Source: Lama glama (Eukaryota). From it: a DNA stretch of 64,000 nucleotides. The position numbers and the translations under genes are program-made. The stretch is from positions 46,936,001 through 47,000,000 of the forward strand of contig CM052818.1 of the NCBI GenBank assembly GCA_028534125.1, written 5' to 3'. Each line of letters starts with the position of its first letter. Position 1 is the first letter of the stretch. Under the pieces are notes generated by a model. The model was not told where the DNA came from. It ran no database searches and saw only the letters and a program-made list of their open reading frames with translations. Shown here one piece after another: positions 51,477 to 62,952 of the stretch.

Positions 51477-51685
51477 AAAAATTGAAGTACAGCCGGGTTA
51501 CAGTGTTCTGTCAAGTTCTGGTGTACAGCATCATGTTTCAGTCATACGTATACATGCATATGTTCTTTTCATACTATTTTTCATCATAGGTTACTACAAG
51601 ATATTGAATATAGTATAAACTTGCTTATCTATTTTATATATAGCAGTTAGTATCTGCAAATCTCCAACTCCCAATTTATCCCTGG
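51477..51685 (-). mobile_element. Young LINE-1 3'UTR fragment in the inverted-repeat spacer
   Basis: aattgaagtacag...ctcccaatttatccct; TSD tatctgctttttt at 51464-51476 and 51686-51698. Confidence 0.92.
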
Positions 51686-52535
51686 TATCTGCTTTTTTTT
51701 TTAACAACAAGAATTTATTAATTTCTTATTAAGAAAAACATCAACTCGAAATCTGTCGGTTTTGTCTGTCAGGCGTATTTCCAAGGCTCTGAGATCCCTC
51801 AGCTCCCACGATTGGGAACCTCTTTCTCCTGCCAGCCCAGGGCTGCGTGCACCCATCCCCAGGGCAGCCTCACTGGCCAGAGGCACCCGAACTTCGGGAT
51901 TGGGAGTTGCACGTCCTGGAACTCAGCCTCTAGGGGCCTGCCTGTCTGGGTTCTGCTTTATTCCTGAGCCCAGAACTGGTCTCTGGCTTTCTGCTGATTC
52001 CTTGTCTCTGAGTCATCGAAGTATCATCTGTAGCATCTGGCTCTTCCAAGTGCCATCTGGTCCTCGTCGGCCTCCCCTGGCACTGGCACATGGCCTCGCC
52101 CTCCGTGGCTGCCCTGCAGGCCTCCCTTCTTGGAACCCGTTGGCCACTGAGATGGTTACCCCACGGCCTACCCCGCAGCTGCCCAGGGCTGTGCTGTGCC
52201 CACCAGGCCGGCTGGCCTCTCAGTTCCTGCAGGGGGTCCTCCCCTCATCGCCGTGCCTGGCCCCGCTGCTGGGTCTCCTCCCTGCTCAGGCCTGTGCCTG
52301 TTCTCAGGTGTGAATCCAGGGAGCTTCTATCCCATTAGACCGCATGGCCCTTGACAAATCAACTCAGACCTGATGCTGGATACACCTTTATGTAACGATC
52401 TGGAAAAACTCACCCAGTTAGTGGGGACCTGTCAGAACCAATGACAGGCCGGGGGCAGGAGACCCTGTGTGACAATCGTTACAAGAGTTGTTTGTGGATC
52501 CTGGGCCCTTTGCGGGATTTGGTGGAGACCTTCTT

Positions 52536-52932
52536 GCACAGACCCCAAGAATCATAAAAATAATACCTTGAGAAAAATGCATGTGTATTTATTCAGAGAG
52601 TTCACAATTCCCTTCTGATTCCTCCTTCCATATTAAAATCTTTTCTTGCTGTTTGTTAATGCTCCATTTGAATTGTTCCTCTCAATTCACATCAATGGGC
52701 CAGCAAAATAAAATCTGATAACTTACAAAAAAGTGCTATACAAAAGCCTTCGATACAACATCAATCTCTGATTGAGTTTAAGCGGAATTAATAGTCTTGT
52801 GGAAACACAGGCAGTGATGATGACAAGATGAGAAGCCAGGTGGCCGTGTCGTCTTTAGATGAGGACCGCTGCGCATGCCACATGTAGGCACAACCCGTAA
52901 TAAAGCGTGGTGCCACCCAACACATCCGCACA
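52536..52932 (-). repeat. Long inverted repeat, right arm
   Basis: acaggcagtgatgatgacaagatgagaagccaggtggccgtgtc (52807-52850) is a perfect 44-bp reverse complement of the left arm; similarity continues through aaataataccttgagaaaaat, aattcccttctgatt, ctccatttgaattgttc. Confidence 0.97.
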
Positions 52933-52949
52933 GTAATATCCTTCTCACA

Positions 52950-53045
52950 TGCAAAACACATTTCTACCCATTCTATTGGCCCAAATAGTTAAATAACCCT
53001 TGCTAACCATAGAGGGGCCCTGAAAGGCAGCCTGCCTGGGACACA
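52950..53045 (-). mobile_element. MLT1-like fragment next to the right arm
   Basis: cccattctattggcccaaatagtt...ctaaccatagagggg.cctgaaagg. Confidence 0.4.
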
Positions 53046-54544
53046 GGCTTCTTCAGGTGGCTGTGCAACACAGAGAATGCTTTTGCACCACGAATTCATG
53101 TGATAATTACAACTTGTGGTAGACAAACCAGGCCTGACACAGATGGAGCAGACATTTAAAGAAAATCACTGTTTTTTAATATGGAAAAAGGCCCAGGGGG
53201 CTTCAGTGGGAGGTCGAAGGTCACATGGCTGGTGGGGAGGGGAGGGCCAGGGTGAGCCCTTGCAGGCATTCTGTACCAACCATTTGTCTGTGTCTTGTCT
53301 AGCAGAGATTCATTTATTGATGGGTGACCACAGAATCAATAACGTCCTTTCAGGTAGGATATGTACTATGCCTGAGATGATGTGGAGCAGGTGAAGGCAA
53401 GTCAGTGAAAAGGCCAAAACCAGCCTGCAAATCACCAGGTCCGGGTCCTCGAAACTGTGTCTTCTCTGGTCAAACTGGAATCATATTTCAGGGATTGCGC
53501 TGGGTCAGAGCACAGCCTGAAAATCACACAGGGATGCTTCTGCGGGGCGGAGGGGCCCTCTTTTCCTGCCCGGGAGAACCTGGTCTGGGTGAAGTTTCCA
53601 TTCTCTTCTGTATCTCTCTTTGTCACTCTGCTTTTGTCACGGCCCGGCCAGGACAGCCCTCTGCCTCTCTGCCAGGCAGCTCTGCCTCTTCCTTTGGCTT
53701 CGGCCAGTGTCCTGATAAATAACACATGGCCTGCAGCTCTTCTAATGATGCTGCTTTTTCTAAGCAGCACCTCCGTGTTCATTTCCACCCTTCTGGGCTT
53801 TACCTCAGTAGGTAAATAAGACACAAGGGGACCTGGTGTTCGGCAAAATTGACTAAATGGGCAGTAAGAACAGGCATGAGATGCTATTACCCTGGAGGAA
53901 GAACAAGAAACTCTCTTCTCGCCGTGGCCACGACACTTATGGCAGTCACTCCCTGCCATTCACTTACAATCTTTTCTTTTTTTTCTCTCTCTCTCTCTCT
54001 CTTCCTGCCTCTCCCCCTTCTAACATTCATTTTGTAGATCAATACTACGTCTGCAGTGTCAAAGAACGAATACAAATGCCTCTTCTCATTTAGAGGCCAT
54101 TTGCAAGAAGGAAAATCATTTCTCCGACGAAAATCAGCCTTTAAAATTTTTGCCAGGGCATTAGCTATCGGGATGGCACTGCTAGAACACGTCCACTGTA
54201 AATCATGCAAGTGCAACACTTATTAAAGACTTATTAAAGTCACGCTTTACTATGCAAAGCAATTTTTGGCTATTGCAAATGTGGTTGCTTGTTTTGTATC
54301 ACTATGTGGTCTATGCCATTGTGTGGAGTTCCCTAAAAAGCCTTATTGTTAGCTGCACAGAGTGAAATTCAACCGCATGGGAACACCTGAGAAACTCGTG
54401 TTGCAAGTATAATGTCTTTTGTTTCCTCCTCGTCAGCAGAAAAGATAAAGGATCATTCATAGAAATTTGAAATAGAAGGTAAAACAGACCCAGCAAACCA
54501 CTGTCTCTATTTCCTCCACTCTTCACCCTGCTTCTGTGTCCTAT

Positions 54545-54670
54545 GCAGCTCTGTGCCTCAGTCTCCTCATCGCGTCTGCATTGTGTGATGGTTGAGAGGC
54601 TAAGTGAAATGACACACGGGGTGTTTAGAAGAGCGCCTGGCGTGCAGGAAACAGACGATGATCATCATTG
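54545..54670 (+). mobile_element. MIR SINE
   Basis: ctctgtgcctcagtctcctcatc...tttagaagagcgcctggc. Confidence 0.7.
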
Positions 54671-56369
54671 TAACTCCATCAGCAGCCCAGACTCAAACTG
54701 GGTCCTGCGCCTCCCAGGTGATGCTCGGCAGAATCATGTTTATGGCAAACTGGTCCTTCCGTAACCAGCATCGGCCTCCAGAACAGGAGGATGCGGTGCC
54801 TGGGAATGCGCACAACTGACTGTGGGATGATTTACAAACTGGACCTTCGTGCTTCTTGGAGTCCGTCGGCCATCAAATCTGCTTTAGGCAAAACCCGCTC
54901 AGAGTTGTCAGGATAACTCCAATCAGATGCTTTCCACCCATTTATGGGCAGATGGGGTCCTGGTAGAAATTGCTTATATTTTGATCATTTTACGCAAAAC
55001 CTCTCAAATTTTATGATTTGAACCTCATACGTCAGTCTCGTTGATATATATGCCGTCAGCTCAGTGTTATAGTGATCACGGTGATGTGTTTTGACAGCAA
55101 CACCTGTCACCTGTACCACGACCGCTGTTTATTTGGTTGACGTAGTTATGTGAGATCCTGTTCATCCTGCGACTTCACGTACATTTTCCCAAACTCCATG
55201 GACTCTCCGAGTTAATGCTGCTTCAGATGGAGGCAGAAGGACCCCCAGTCTCAGCTACAACTTCTGATCACAAGCCCACGGCCTGTCCACCAAATATGGG
55301 ATTGCATTACAATCATCGAAAAACTGAGTATCCCTCAGCCCAAGGCCCTTGGGAAGGGCGCATACACAGGATGTGTGATGAGACCCGGCTGTGGTTACGT
55401 GGTGGCTGTCGAGGTGAGAATCACGACAAATCCCGGGGCCAGAGCTCGTTTCTGTGAGAACGTGCAGCTGCTTCTCCCAAACCACATTTTCACCGAAGTA
55501 GTTAACAAGGCCGCCTGTGGACGCGTGTTAGTTTCACTTGCAGAGCTGGTGCCTGGGGCCTTTGCTATGCAGTGAGGGTCCACGGGAGAAAACAAGGCGT
55601 GCGACCTGCCCCACATCCTAAGAAGGAGCGAGGAGCTGGGGTCGGACACCTCCGAAGGCTCTACCAGTGCTTCCCGGCACCCTCACCCCCAGGCTGCGGG
55701 AGAAGAGGCCGGGGCCCGGAAGGGCAGGGGTGGTGGCTGGCCTCTGGGGAGCGCAGGGTCTGGGGCTGGGTGGGAGCCTTTGCTCCCTCCTTCGGTGGAG
55801 TGTGGGCAAGTCAAAGGCAAGTCTCCAAAGGACTCCTCAGGGTCAGTGGACTAGTGTCTGTGAACGAGGCGCCTGCAGCTCCTGCCCAGGAGACGCTGGC
55901 TGAGCTGTGCAAGCCTCTGGGCCCATCCTCGCGCTGCCGTCATAGCAGAACTGGAGGGAGCTTAACACAGGTTCTGTGACATTTGAAGATGTACCTGATC
56001 ATAGAGACTTGCCTTCTGGCTGCAGAGATTCCTGAAGGCAGGAGGCAAGCTGACACGCTAGTATGATGTGGCCTGGAGAGAGACGGGGTGGCCTCCACCC
56101 ATTCCAGCTTTCCTAGGCCATCAGGGGGCACAGAAGAGAGGCTGCCCGGGTTCTCGTGGTCCAGACGGAGGGCAAGGGCAGTGATTGGAGGCACAGGATC
56201 CCGGGATTGGTGGTTCAGGGCTCCGACAGGAAGGATGGCTTCCTTCCTCAGGAGCCCAGGGTGGAGCTGAACAGCCCCCCGAGAAAAGCACAGGCCAACT
56301 GCCGGGAGAGCGCCCCGTTAGCAGGGGCGCAGGCAGCAGCCTGGGCACCTCCTCCTGCTGCACCCCCAG

Positions 56370-56727
56370 GTGCCCGGGCCCCCGTGCTGTTTTATGCCTG
56401 GACAGCTCCTCCATCTGCATCCACCTCCGGCCCCATGACTTCATTCACGTCACTCCTCGAAGACCCCTTCCTCGGCCACTTCATCTATAAGAGCACCTCG
56501 TGTCCCCCGCATCCCTGGTCCCGCTTTATCTGTCTACACCACTGCCCGGCCTCATGCCACAGCTCATCCTTTCACTGGGTACCGCGCCTACTCTGGACGC
56601 GGGGCGTGTAAGGTCCAGGAGGAGAGGGGCTTTGTTCCTGCCGACTCTCTGTCTCCGTGGCCTAGAAGGGACAGCATGTGTCAGGTGCTCAGGAAACAGC
56701 CCTTAGACGGATGAATGAATGAATGAG
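56370..56727 (+). mobile_element. L2 3' end
   Basis: gtaaggtccaggagg...cctagaa...aggtgctcagga...gatgaatgaatgaatga. Confidence 0.7.
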
Positions 56728-57234
56728 CCGGACTGATCCTCCCACCATGGTCAGGCGGTCCGGCATGGTGGGCTGACTTCTGCACGAGTTGTTCAGCTTT
56801 GTCGCTCAAACCGTCATTCATCCTTCCTGGACCTGGCCGGTGCCTCGGGCTTAGTGGGCAGGGCTGGATTTGACTGGGAGAGGCACCTGCAGGACACTTG
56901 GAGGAGAGAGGGTCAGGGTCATTGTTCCCCCAGCCCCATCCCTGCTGGACGGTGTGTGGCAGTGGCTGGGGCCACCGGTGCCCGCCCGGTATGCCCTCTG
57001 CCGTGGCTGGGGCTCCATCCTCGTCCCCTCAGATCTTGGCAAGGCTTCCTGCCACAGCTACTTCCTTGTCTTCCCTCACCCGCCGATGGCTTCACCCCGC
57101 CCACCGCCCTCTGAGCATTCTCTTCATTGAGCTCATCCACGGCCCCGTGAAGCACCGTCTCTTTCTTGCAGAGGCATGACCGATGTGGCAGCCTCCTCAC
57201 TCACCCTCCTTCACCCTGAATGAGTCACGGGAAC

Positions 57235-57380
57235 CTGGCTGCCATGGGATCAGCAGTACCCGCAAGTTTGTTAGAAATGCAGAATCTGGCCTCCCCATCC
57301 CCACGGAGTCAGAATCTGTGCTTTGAGAAGATCTGCATGATCTGCACGCCTGTCCGTGTAGATGAGGGAGGAGGCGTTGT
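57235..57380. mobile_element. MER5A-like element
   Basis: atcagca..accc....tttgttagaaatgcagaatct...gagtcagaatctg. Confidence 0.7.
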
Positions 57381-57504
57381 GTGAACAGGGGACCTCGCCC
57401 CGTCCCGACACCCCATGGCACTTTTGTAAACTAGCAAGGCAGGTTCCTCAAACGTCACCTCCTCACCACTTCCCTCGGCATCTCCTGGGCGGAGAGTGAG
57501 GGAT

Positions 57505-57695
57505 GTCCATTTGCTCTGGATTCAGGCTGCCCAGTTTCCAATCTTGCTTCTCCTTCCTGTAAGCTGTGCAACTCTGGGAGAGTTCCTAACCTTCTCTGTT
57601 TCCTTGCTTGTCCAGTGGGGATGGTAATGATGCTGCCTAATGGGGTTGAGATGATTAAGTCACACGATGTATAAGAAGTGGAGGAACAAAGTCTG
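57505..57695 (+). mobile_element. MIR SINE
   Basis: gctctggattcaggctgcc...agctgtgcaactctgggagagttcctaaccttctctg. Confidence 0.75.
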
Positions 57696-58597
57696 TGGGT
57701 ATGTGTGGGAGGAACAACCCAGACCAGGAGGAAAATCAGGGAGCCAGAGCCTGGGGCTGGTGCCGCCGACAGCATCACTTAGTGGGCACTAAGGACACTA
57801 AGGAACGCGGGTGGAGAGGGGGTGTCATTGTGGGTAGGAGCGGAGGCGGCGGGTGTAGGTGATACACAGGCTGGAAAATGCTTTTGTGCATTTCAGCTCC
57901 TGAACACAAGACAATCACCTGCAATGGTAATCACTCCAGCACTTGTATTTATCGGAGAGCTTGCAAGGCCTTTTCAAAGACATAATACAGACACTCAAGA
58001 GCCTAGGAAGCAAAGCCCTGAAAAGAGCATTCTGGGCAGTGCTTAGTCAGATGGAGGCCTTCCGGAATAAAGTTGACTGTAAATGAATCCCTGCTTCCAA
58101 ATGTAATTCTGCAGATGTACTTTGATTTCACAGCCATTGATCAATAATTCATTTGGCTTGTGACTGCCGATGACATGATTTAATATGTCCAGCTAAATTA
58201 CGTTCCCATAGGAACACTCATGCATACCAAAGGAAAAAATTACAATTACCGTAGCTTGGGCCTGGAATTGAAGCAAGGCTGAACACATCCTTAGACGTGC
58301 TGTTTGAAATGAAAAAAAAGGGCCTCGTGATCAAATCAATGGGGGACCTAAAGCAGACAGATCTCCATGAGCCCAGGACTAGAGATACATGCCCACTGGG
58401 GAGCACCAGTTCTGGTCAGTACCTATGAACACCCACCCCTAAGAGCGGAACCGGAAAGGCCGAGCTGAGTCATCCCCAGGATGATTAAAACTACCTGAGA
58501 CGTTCTGGGCACCGCCGGTACTCACTCAGACTTCTCAGAAACTAGTTCATCCTCTCTACTGCTGGTGGCCTCTGCCTGTTTCTCTGTGTTCTCTTTT

Positions 58598-58853
58598 GGC
58601 TTAGAAGCATTGGGCGTGGCCTCAGATTGCTGAGGTTCAAATCGTAACTCCACTGATCACTGGCTGTGTGATCTTAGCGAGTTACTTGCCCTCTCTGTGC
58701 TTCAGTTTTCATGTCTATTTAATAGACGTAATCATACCACTTTAACCCATGGTTGTGAAGATTAAATGAACTCTAGTGCATTTACATTGTTAATGCAGTG
58801 CTTACTATGTACTTAGGGTCCCATAAATGCTAATAATGCGTATTTATTATTGT
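58598..58853 (+). mobile_element. Near full-length MIR SINE
   Basis: ggttcaaatc...gctgtgtgatcttagcgagttactt.ccctctctgtgcttcagtttt...gttgtgaagattaaatga. Confidence 0.88.
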
Positions 58854-59144
58854 TACAAATGGTTTCCTAATTGGGCAATTTACCTCCAATCTTTCTATCT
58901 CAAATACTGTTTACACGGCTGCCAAAGTAAAATACTGGAAAACCTGCTCTGATCACAGAGACCTTAGCAGCTTCCTCATCCCTCTGAGGTAAAGATGAGG
59001 ACTTCTAGAGTCACACACAAACATCCGTCACCTGACCTGCTGATCTTTACACTTCTCTCTAGCTGTGCGGGCCTCTTCCCAGCTTCTTAGAAGTCCTGCA
59101 TTTGCCAACCTGTGTGTTCACACTCTTTCTTCTGTCTACCCGTG

Positions 59145-60080
59145 CATCCACCCATCCATCCACCCATCCACCCACAGGACAAATATGTATTGAGGCTTAC
59201 TGTGTTAGGTGCTGTGGATATATAGAGGGTATAATGATGAACAGATAAAGAAAAAGCTAAAAAAATATTGGGGCTAATGACAACTATTCTGAAGAAATGC
59301 AACAAGCTCACAGGGGCGGGGAGTTCCTTTAAGTCGGGTGGTCAGACAGCCTTGGTGGGTAAAGGCATTGGAGCTGAGACTTGGGGAGGCTGCTATGGAA
59401 ATTTCTAGAGTGAGAATGTTCCAGGCAAGGGTGACGGTTTCTGCACAGGTTTTACAGTGAGCCAGCGGTTGTAACAATGTAACAATCCCCAAGTCTCAGT
59501 GGCTGAACACAGACAGCGCAATTCTTTTTCACTTCAGAACCAGATGTGGGTGTGGGGCGGTGCTTCCCCGGCCACATGGAAGATGTCACCCCACAGCCTC
59601 CAGGGGGCTCTGTACCTTGTGTATCAGCCGTCAGATGGGAACCAGTGAGGGCCTGGAGGACTGTGGGGAGGGGCGGGAAGGGGCAAATACCAGGCTGCAC
59701 CCACTCCAGGGATCACATGGGATAAATGCGAGGGAGCTTTGAAATGCAGCCTCTCTGCGGGATTAGGGAGGAAAAAGGCAGGACACATGGTGACACGTTC
59801 TGATCTCTTTCCCTGGCCTGAGGGCCAAGAAGAACTTGGACTGTCTGAGGAACAGGAAGGCATTGTCTGCTAGAGTTTAGTGGGGGTGGGCGTGGGGGTG
59901 GGGATGGAAAGACCCGAGGGCAAAGGGTTTTGTTGAGACAGGGCCCGAGGGCTATTTTTAGGAGTTTGGATTTTATTTTAATCTCAAATAGAAGCCTTTA
60001 TAGAGAGTTTTCTGCTGGGGGGGTGACTTGAGCACGTTTATAACTGCAAGAGACCTTGTTGACATGGAGAAGGAATTGGG
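59145..60080 (-). mobile_element. L2 interrupted by an MLT1 (J/K-like) LTR at about 59455-59800
   Basis: L2 3' end (catccatcca...tattgaggcttactgtgttagg) runs to gttccaggcaagggtgac and resumes after about 59810; the insert has gtaacaatccccaagtctcagtggct. Confidence 0.6.
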
Positions 60081-60084
60081 GGAG

Positions 60085-60525
60085 TGTATTCAATTCCTCT
60101 TGCTGCTGCTGCAAATTGCCCCCAAGGCAGTGGCTCCCACACGACAGTCCCACAGACAGGCTGGAGGTCCGGCGGCTGTGCTCCTCCTGGAGGGGCTTCA
60201 GGACAGGCGGTTTCCAGCCTTTCCAGCCTCGGAGGCCGCCTGCTTTCCTTGGCGCAGGGCCCCTTCCTCCATCTGCAAAGGGCATCCCTGCAGCCTCGCG
60301 TTCCCGCACCACATCATCTCTCTCTGACTGTAATTCTACTGCCTCCCTCTTACACGAACCCTGTGACCACGCTGGCTCCCCAGGTTATCCCGGATGACCT
60401 CTCCATCTCAAAACCCTTCACTTCGGCACAGCTGCAGAGCCCCTTTCATTGTACAAGGTAACAGACTCACAGGTTCCAGGGATTAGGACGCGGACCTCTT
60501 TGGGGGCCATTATTCAAGCAACCGC
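60085..60525 (-). mobile_element. MLT1C/D-type MaLR solo LTR
   Basis: ccccttcctccatctgcaaag...ctccatctcaaaaccctt...taaca.actcacaggttccagggattaggac...gggggccattattc. Confidence 0.88.
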
Positions 60526-61257
60526 CCAGTGTAGGGATGATGTCAAGACAACCAGTAGAAAGACGGGTGTCTTGGTCCTGAACTAAGACAGTTGTGATGG
60601 GCTGTGTGGCTTTGCAGGCTGTTTGGGGGCAGAATCCACAGGTGGTGGCTGGTCCTGGGAGATAATAAAGAAGGAACCAAAGAGAGGCCCAGGTTTCTTC
60701 CTTGGCTGTAATTGATGAAATAATGACCAGAATCATTCCAAGAGTCTATTCAGTAACCAATGATGAATAAAAATTCCAAAATGTCTGTAATTTGTAAGGT
60801 TTATGACAAGGAAAGAACTCATAATTATAAACTGGTTATCACTGGATATTACACACTGATTTTGTCTGAATCATTAATTAGCAAATGAATCAACAGCTGC
60901 TGGTAGCTCATAAACAAGCTATTCTAATTTATTTTTTAAAAAGAACCATGCCGTGAAAGGGAGGACCTAGAGAGGTGAAGACCGAGAAATATTCCTTACA
61001 ATTATTTTCACATTTCAGGCTATATTTTAAAAACGGAATTTGTGAGCCATCAATGTTCACTCAAAAAGCGAAAGCAAAGGTTAAGCTACAGTAAATTAAA
61101 CGCTTTAATTTAAAAATTGATGTGGGCTAAACAGTTGCGTATCTTCTGATGTCTCACAGACGTCTGAGGTTGTCATAGCTTTTCCATGACTGTGGGCCTC
61201 AGCTTTGACTTCCACTTTTCCCCTTCTGTCTTTTCCACTTCTGATCTGCTTCTCGAG

Positions 61258-61620
61258 TGCTGTGTGTTGAGCTACCCGACCATGCGGTGGCTAAAGACAG
61301 TATCCGTTCTGTTCTGGCTTGTGACTGTGTGGGTCAGGATTTCAGGCAGAGCCAGGGCTGCCTCTCTGCTTCCCTTGGTGCAGACTGGGGTGGCTCCGTG
61401 GTGTTCATCTGGCGGCTGGTCTGGTCTGGACCATTCCAGATGGCTTCACGCACATATGCGGAGCCTTGGCAGGGTGGCTGCATGCTTGGGCTCAACCGGA
61501 TCCCCCCTCCACGTCCTCCACGTGGTCTCTCCTGCAGAGTAGTCCAGCCTCGTTCCATGGCTGCTTCAGGAGACAAGGGATCGGCAGATGCTCCTGGTTC
61601 TCTCAAAGGCTGGTCTTGAA
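61258..61620 (-). mobile_element. MLT1-type LTR fragment
   Basis: gtggctaaagaca...gactgtgtgggtcagga...ccagatggcttcac.cacat. Confidence 0.6.
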
Positions 61621-61638
61621 ACTGGAGTGGGGTTGCCA

Positions 61639-61966
61639 TATGGTACTTTAATTGCTCTTTCTTGCTTTCTTCACTTAGTATGGCAGTCTCCAATTCCATC
61701 CATATTGCTGCATATGGCATTATTTTATCCTTTTTATGGCTGAGGAGTATTCCTTTGTGTGTATGGGTGTGTGTGTGTGTGTGTGTATCACAACTTCTTT
61801 ATCCAACTATATTTGATATCTTGTAATAGACTAGAATGAAAAAGAATATGAAAAGGAACATATATACATATTTATATGTATATATATAACTGAATCACTA
61901 TGCTGTACACCAGAAACTAACGCATTGTAAATCAACTACACTTCATTTAAAAAAAAAAAAAGAAGA
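61639..61966 (+). mobile_element. 5'-inverted (twin-primed) LINE-1 insertion
   Basis: Antisense ORF2-end segment 61639-61806 joined to sense 3'UTR and polyA; 16-bp TSD tggagtggggttgcca at 61623-61638 and 61967-61982. Confidence 0.93.
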
Positions 61967-61972
61967 TGGAGT

Positions 61973-62158
61973 GGGGTTGCCAGATTTAGCAAATGAAATG
62001 ACAGGATGCCCGGTTCAACTTAAATTTCATATGAACCATCATAATTATTAGTATAGGTATGACTCAAATACTGCATGGGGCACACTCATCCAAAAACAAC
62101 TGTTATTTGTCGGAAATCTGAGTTGAACTGGGGGTTCTGCATTTTTCCTGACAACCAT
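61973..62158. mobile_element. MER53 palindromic hAT MITE
   Basis: gggttgccagatttagcaaat...acaggatgccc...tagtataggtatg...aactggg...ctgacaacc. Confidence 0.85.
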
Positions 62159-62434
62159 AGCCTGGAATCACTTCTACTATGCCCTGTTTGTCAAAGGAGT
62201 CACAGACCAGCCGAGACCCGGGAGAGAGACAGAAAGGACCCACCTCTCCATGAGAAAAGTGGCAATGGGTGTGTGTCCCTCCTTTCATCGCCACTGCAGT
62301 CCTCCTGGGTTTTGCTCGCCCGCTGGGGCTGCCAGTGTGATGCTCTCCACACCTTTCTGATGTGGACCAAGGTGCTTGGTGACGCCATTTGCCTGAAATC
62401 CCAACAGCCGTGGTCCAGCAGGCAGCACGACACA

Positions 62435-62600
62435 CAGTGGAAGAGTCAGACAGACTGCGGGGGAGTCCCGTGTGCCTGAGGCAAGGGCCTTTATCTGTCT
62501 GAGCCTTGATTTCCCTCATGTGTGACATGGCTGGGGGTCACCATGTCCCATGGGCTGCAGTAAGGACTAAACGAGGTAATGGACGTAAGTGGGGGTAAAG
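62435..62600 (+). mobile_element. MIR SINE
   Basis: gagtcagacagact...tctgagccttgatttccctcat...aggactaaacgag. Confidence 0.6.
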
Positions 62601-62952
62601 GGATGTAAATAAAGCACCACCTCCATCACTGGGAGCCGCTCCTGCCCTTATCCTTACTGTGCACGTGGAGGGGACACGGAATAAGAGGACCCGGCCTAGT
62701 GGCCGTGACCTTTGTGAGTTGAGCCAACTGCTTCCTGACGTACTTGGCTTTGGCCTCAGGAGGTCACTTCCATGAAGTACTGGTTCCTTTTAATGCAGAA
62801 AATATCTAGTCTTTGAGTGGGTTGAGCACAAACACGAATACAGCTCTTACCCCTTTTCATCAAAGCATCCCATCAGGCAAGACGTAAATATTTCACTATT
62901 TTAAAATCGGACTCAGAGGACATGGGTTTTCTTCGGCCCCACCCAAGCTGCT

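Noticed and set aside
53457..53819. ORF with a hydrophobic C-terminus ending near a GTAAAT donor-like site
   Set aside because: No family resemblance and no supporting exon chain; the hydrophobicity follows from T/C richness.
56741..56772. cccaccatg...catggtggg stem, and a similar cagtggaa...ttccactg stem near 20014
   Set aside because: Stems of 8-9 bp are expected by chance and are too short for a pre-miRNA.
59882..59903. G-quadruplex motif (another at 15957-15981)
   Set aside because: Common in mammalian DNA; the 59882 motif lies inside an L2 relic with no functional context.
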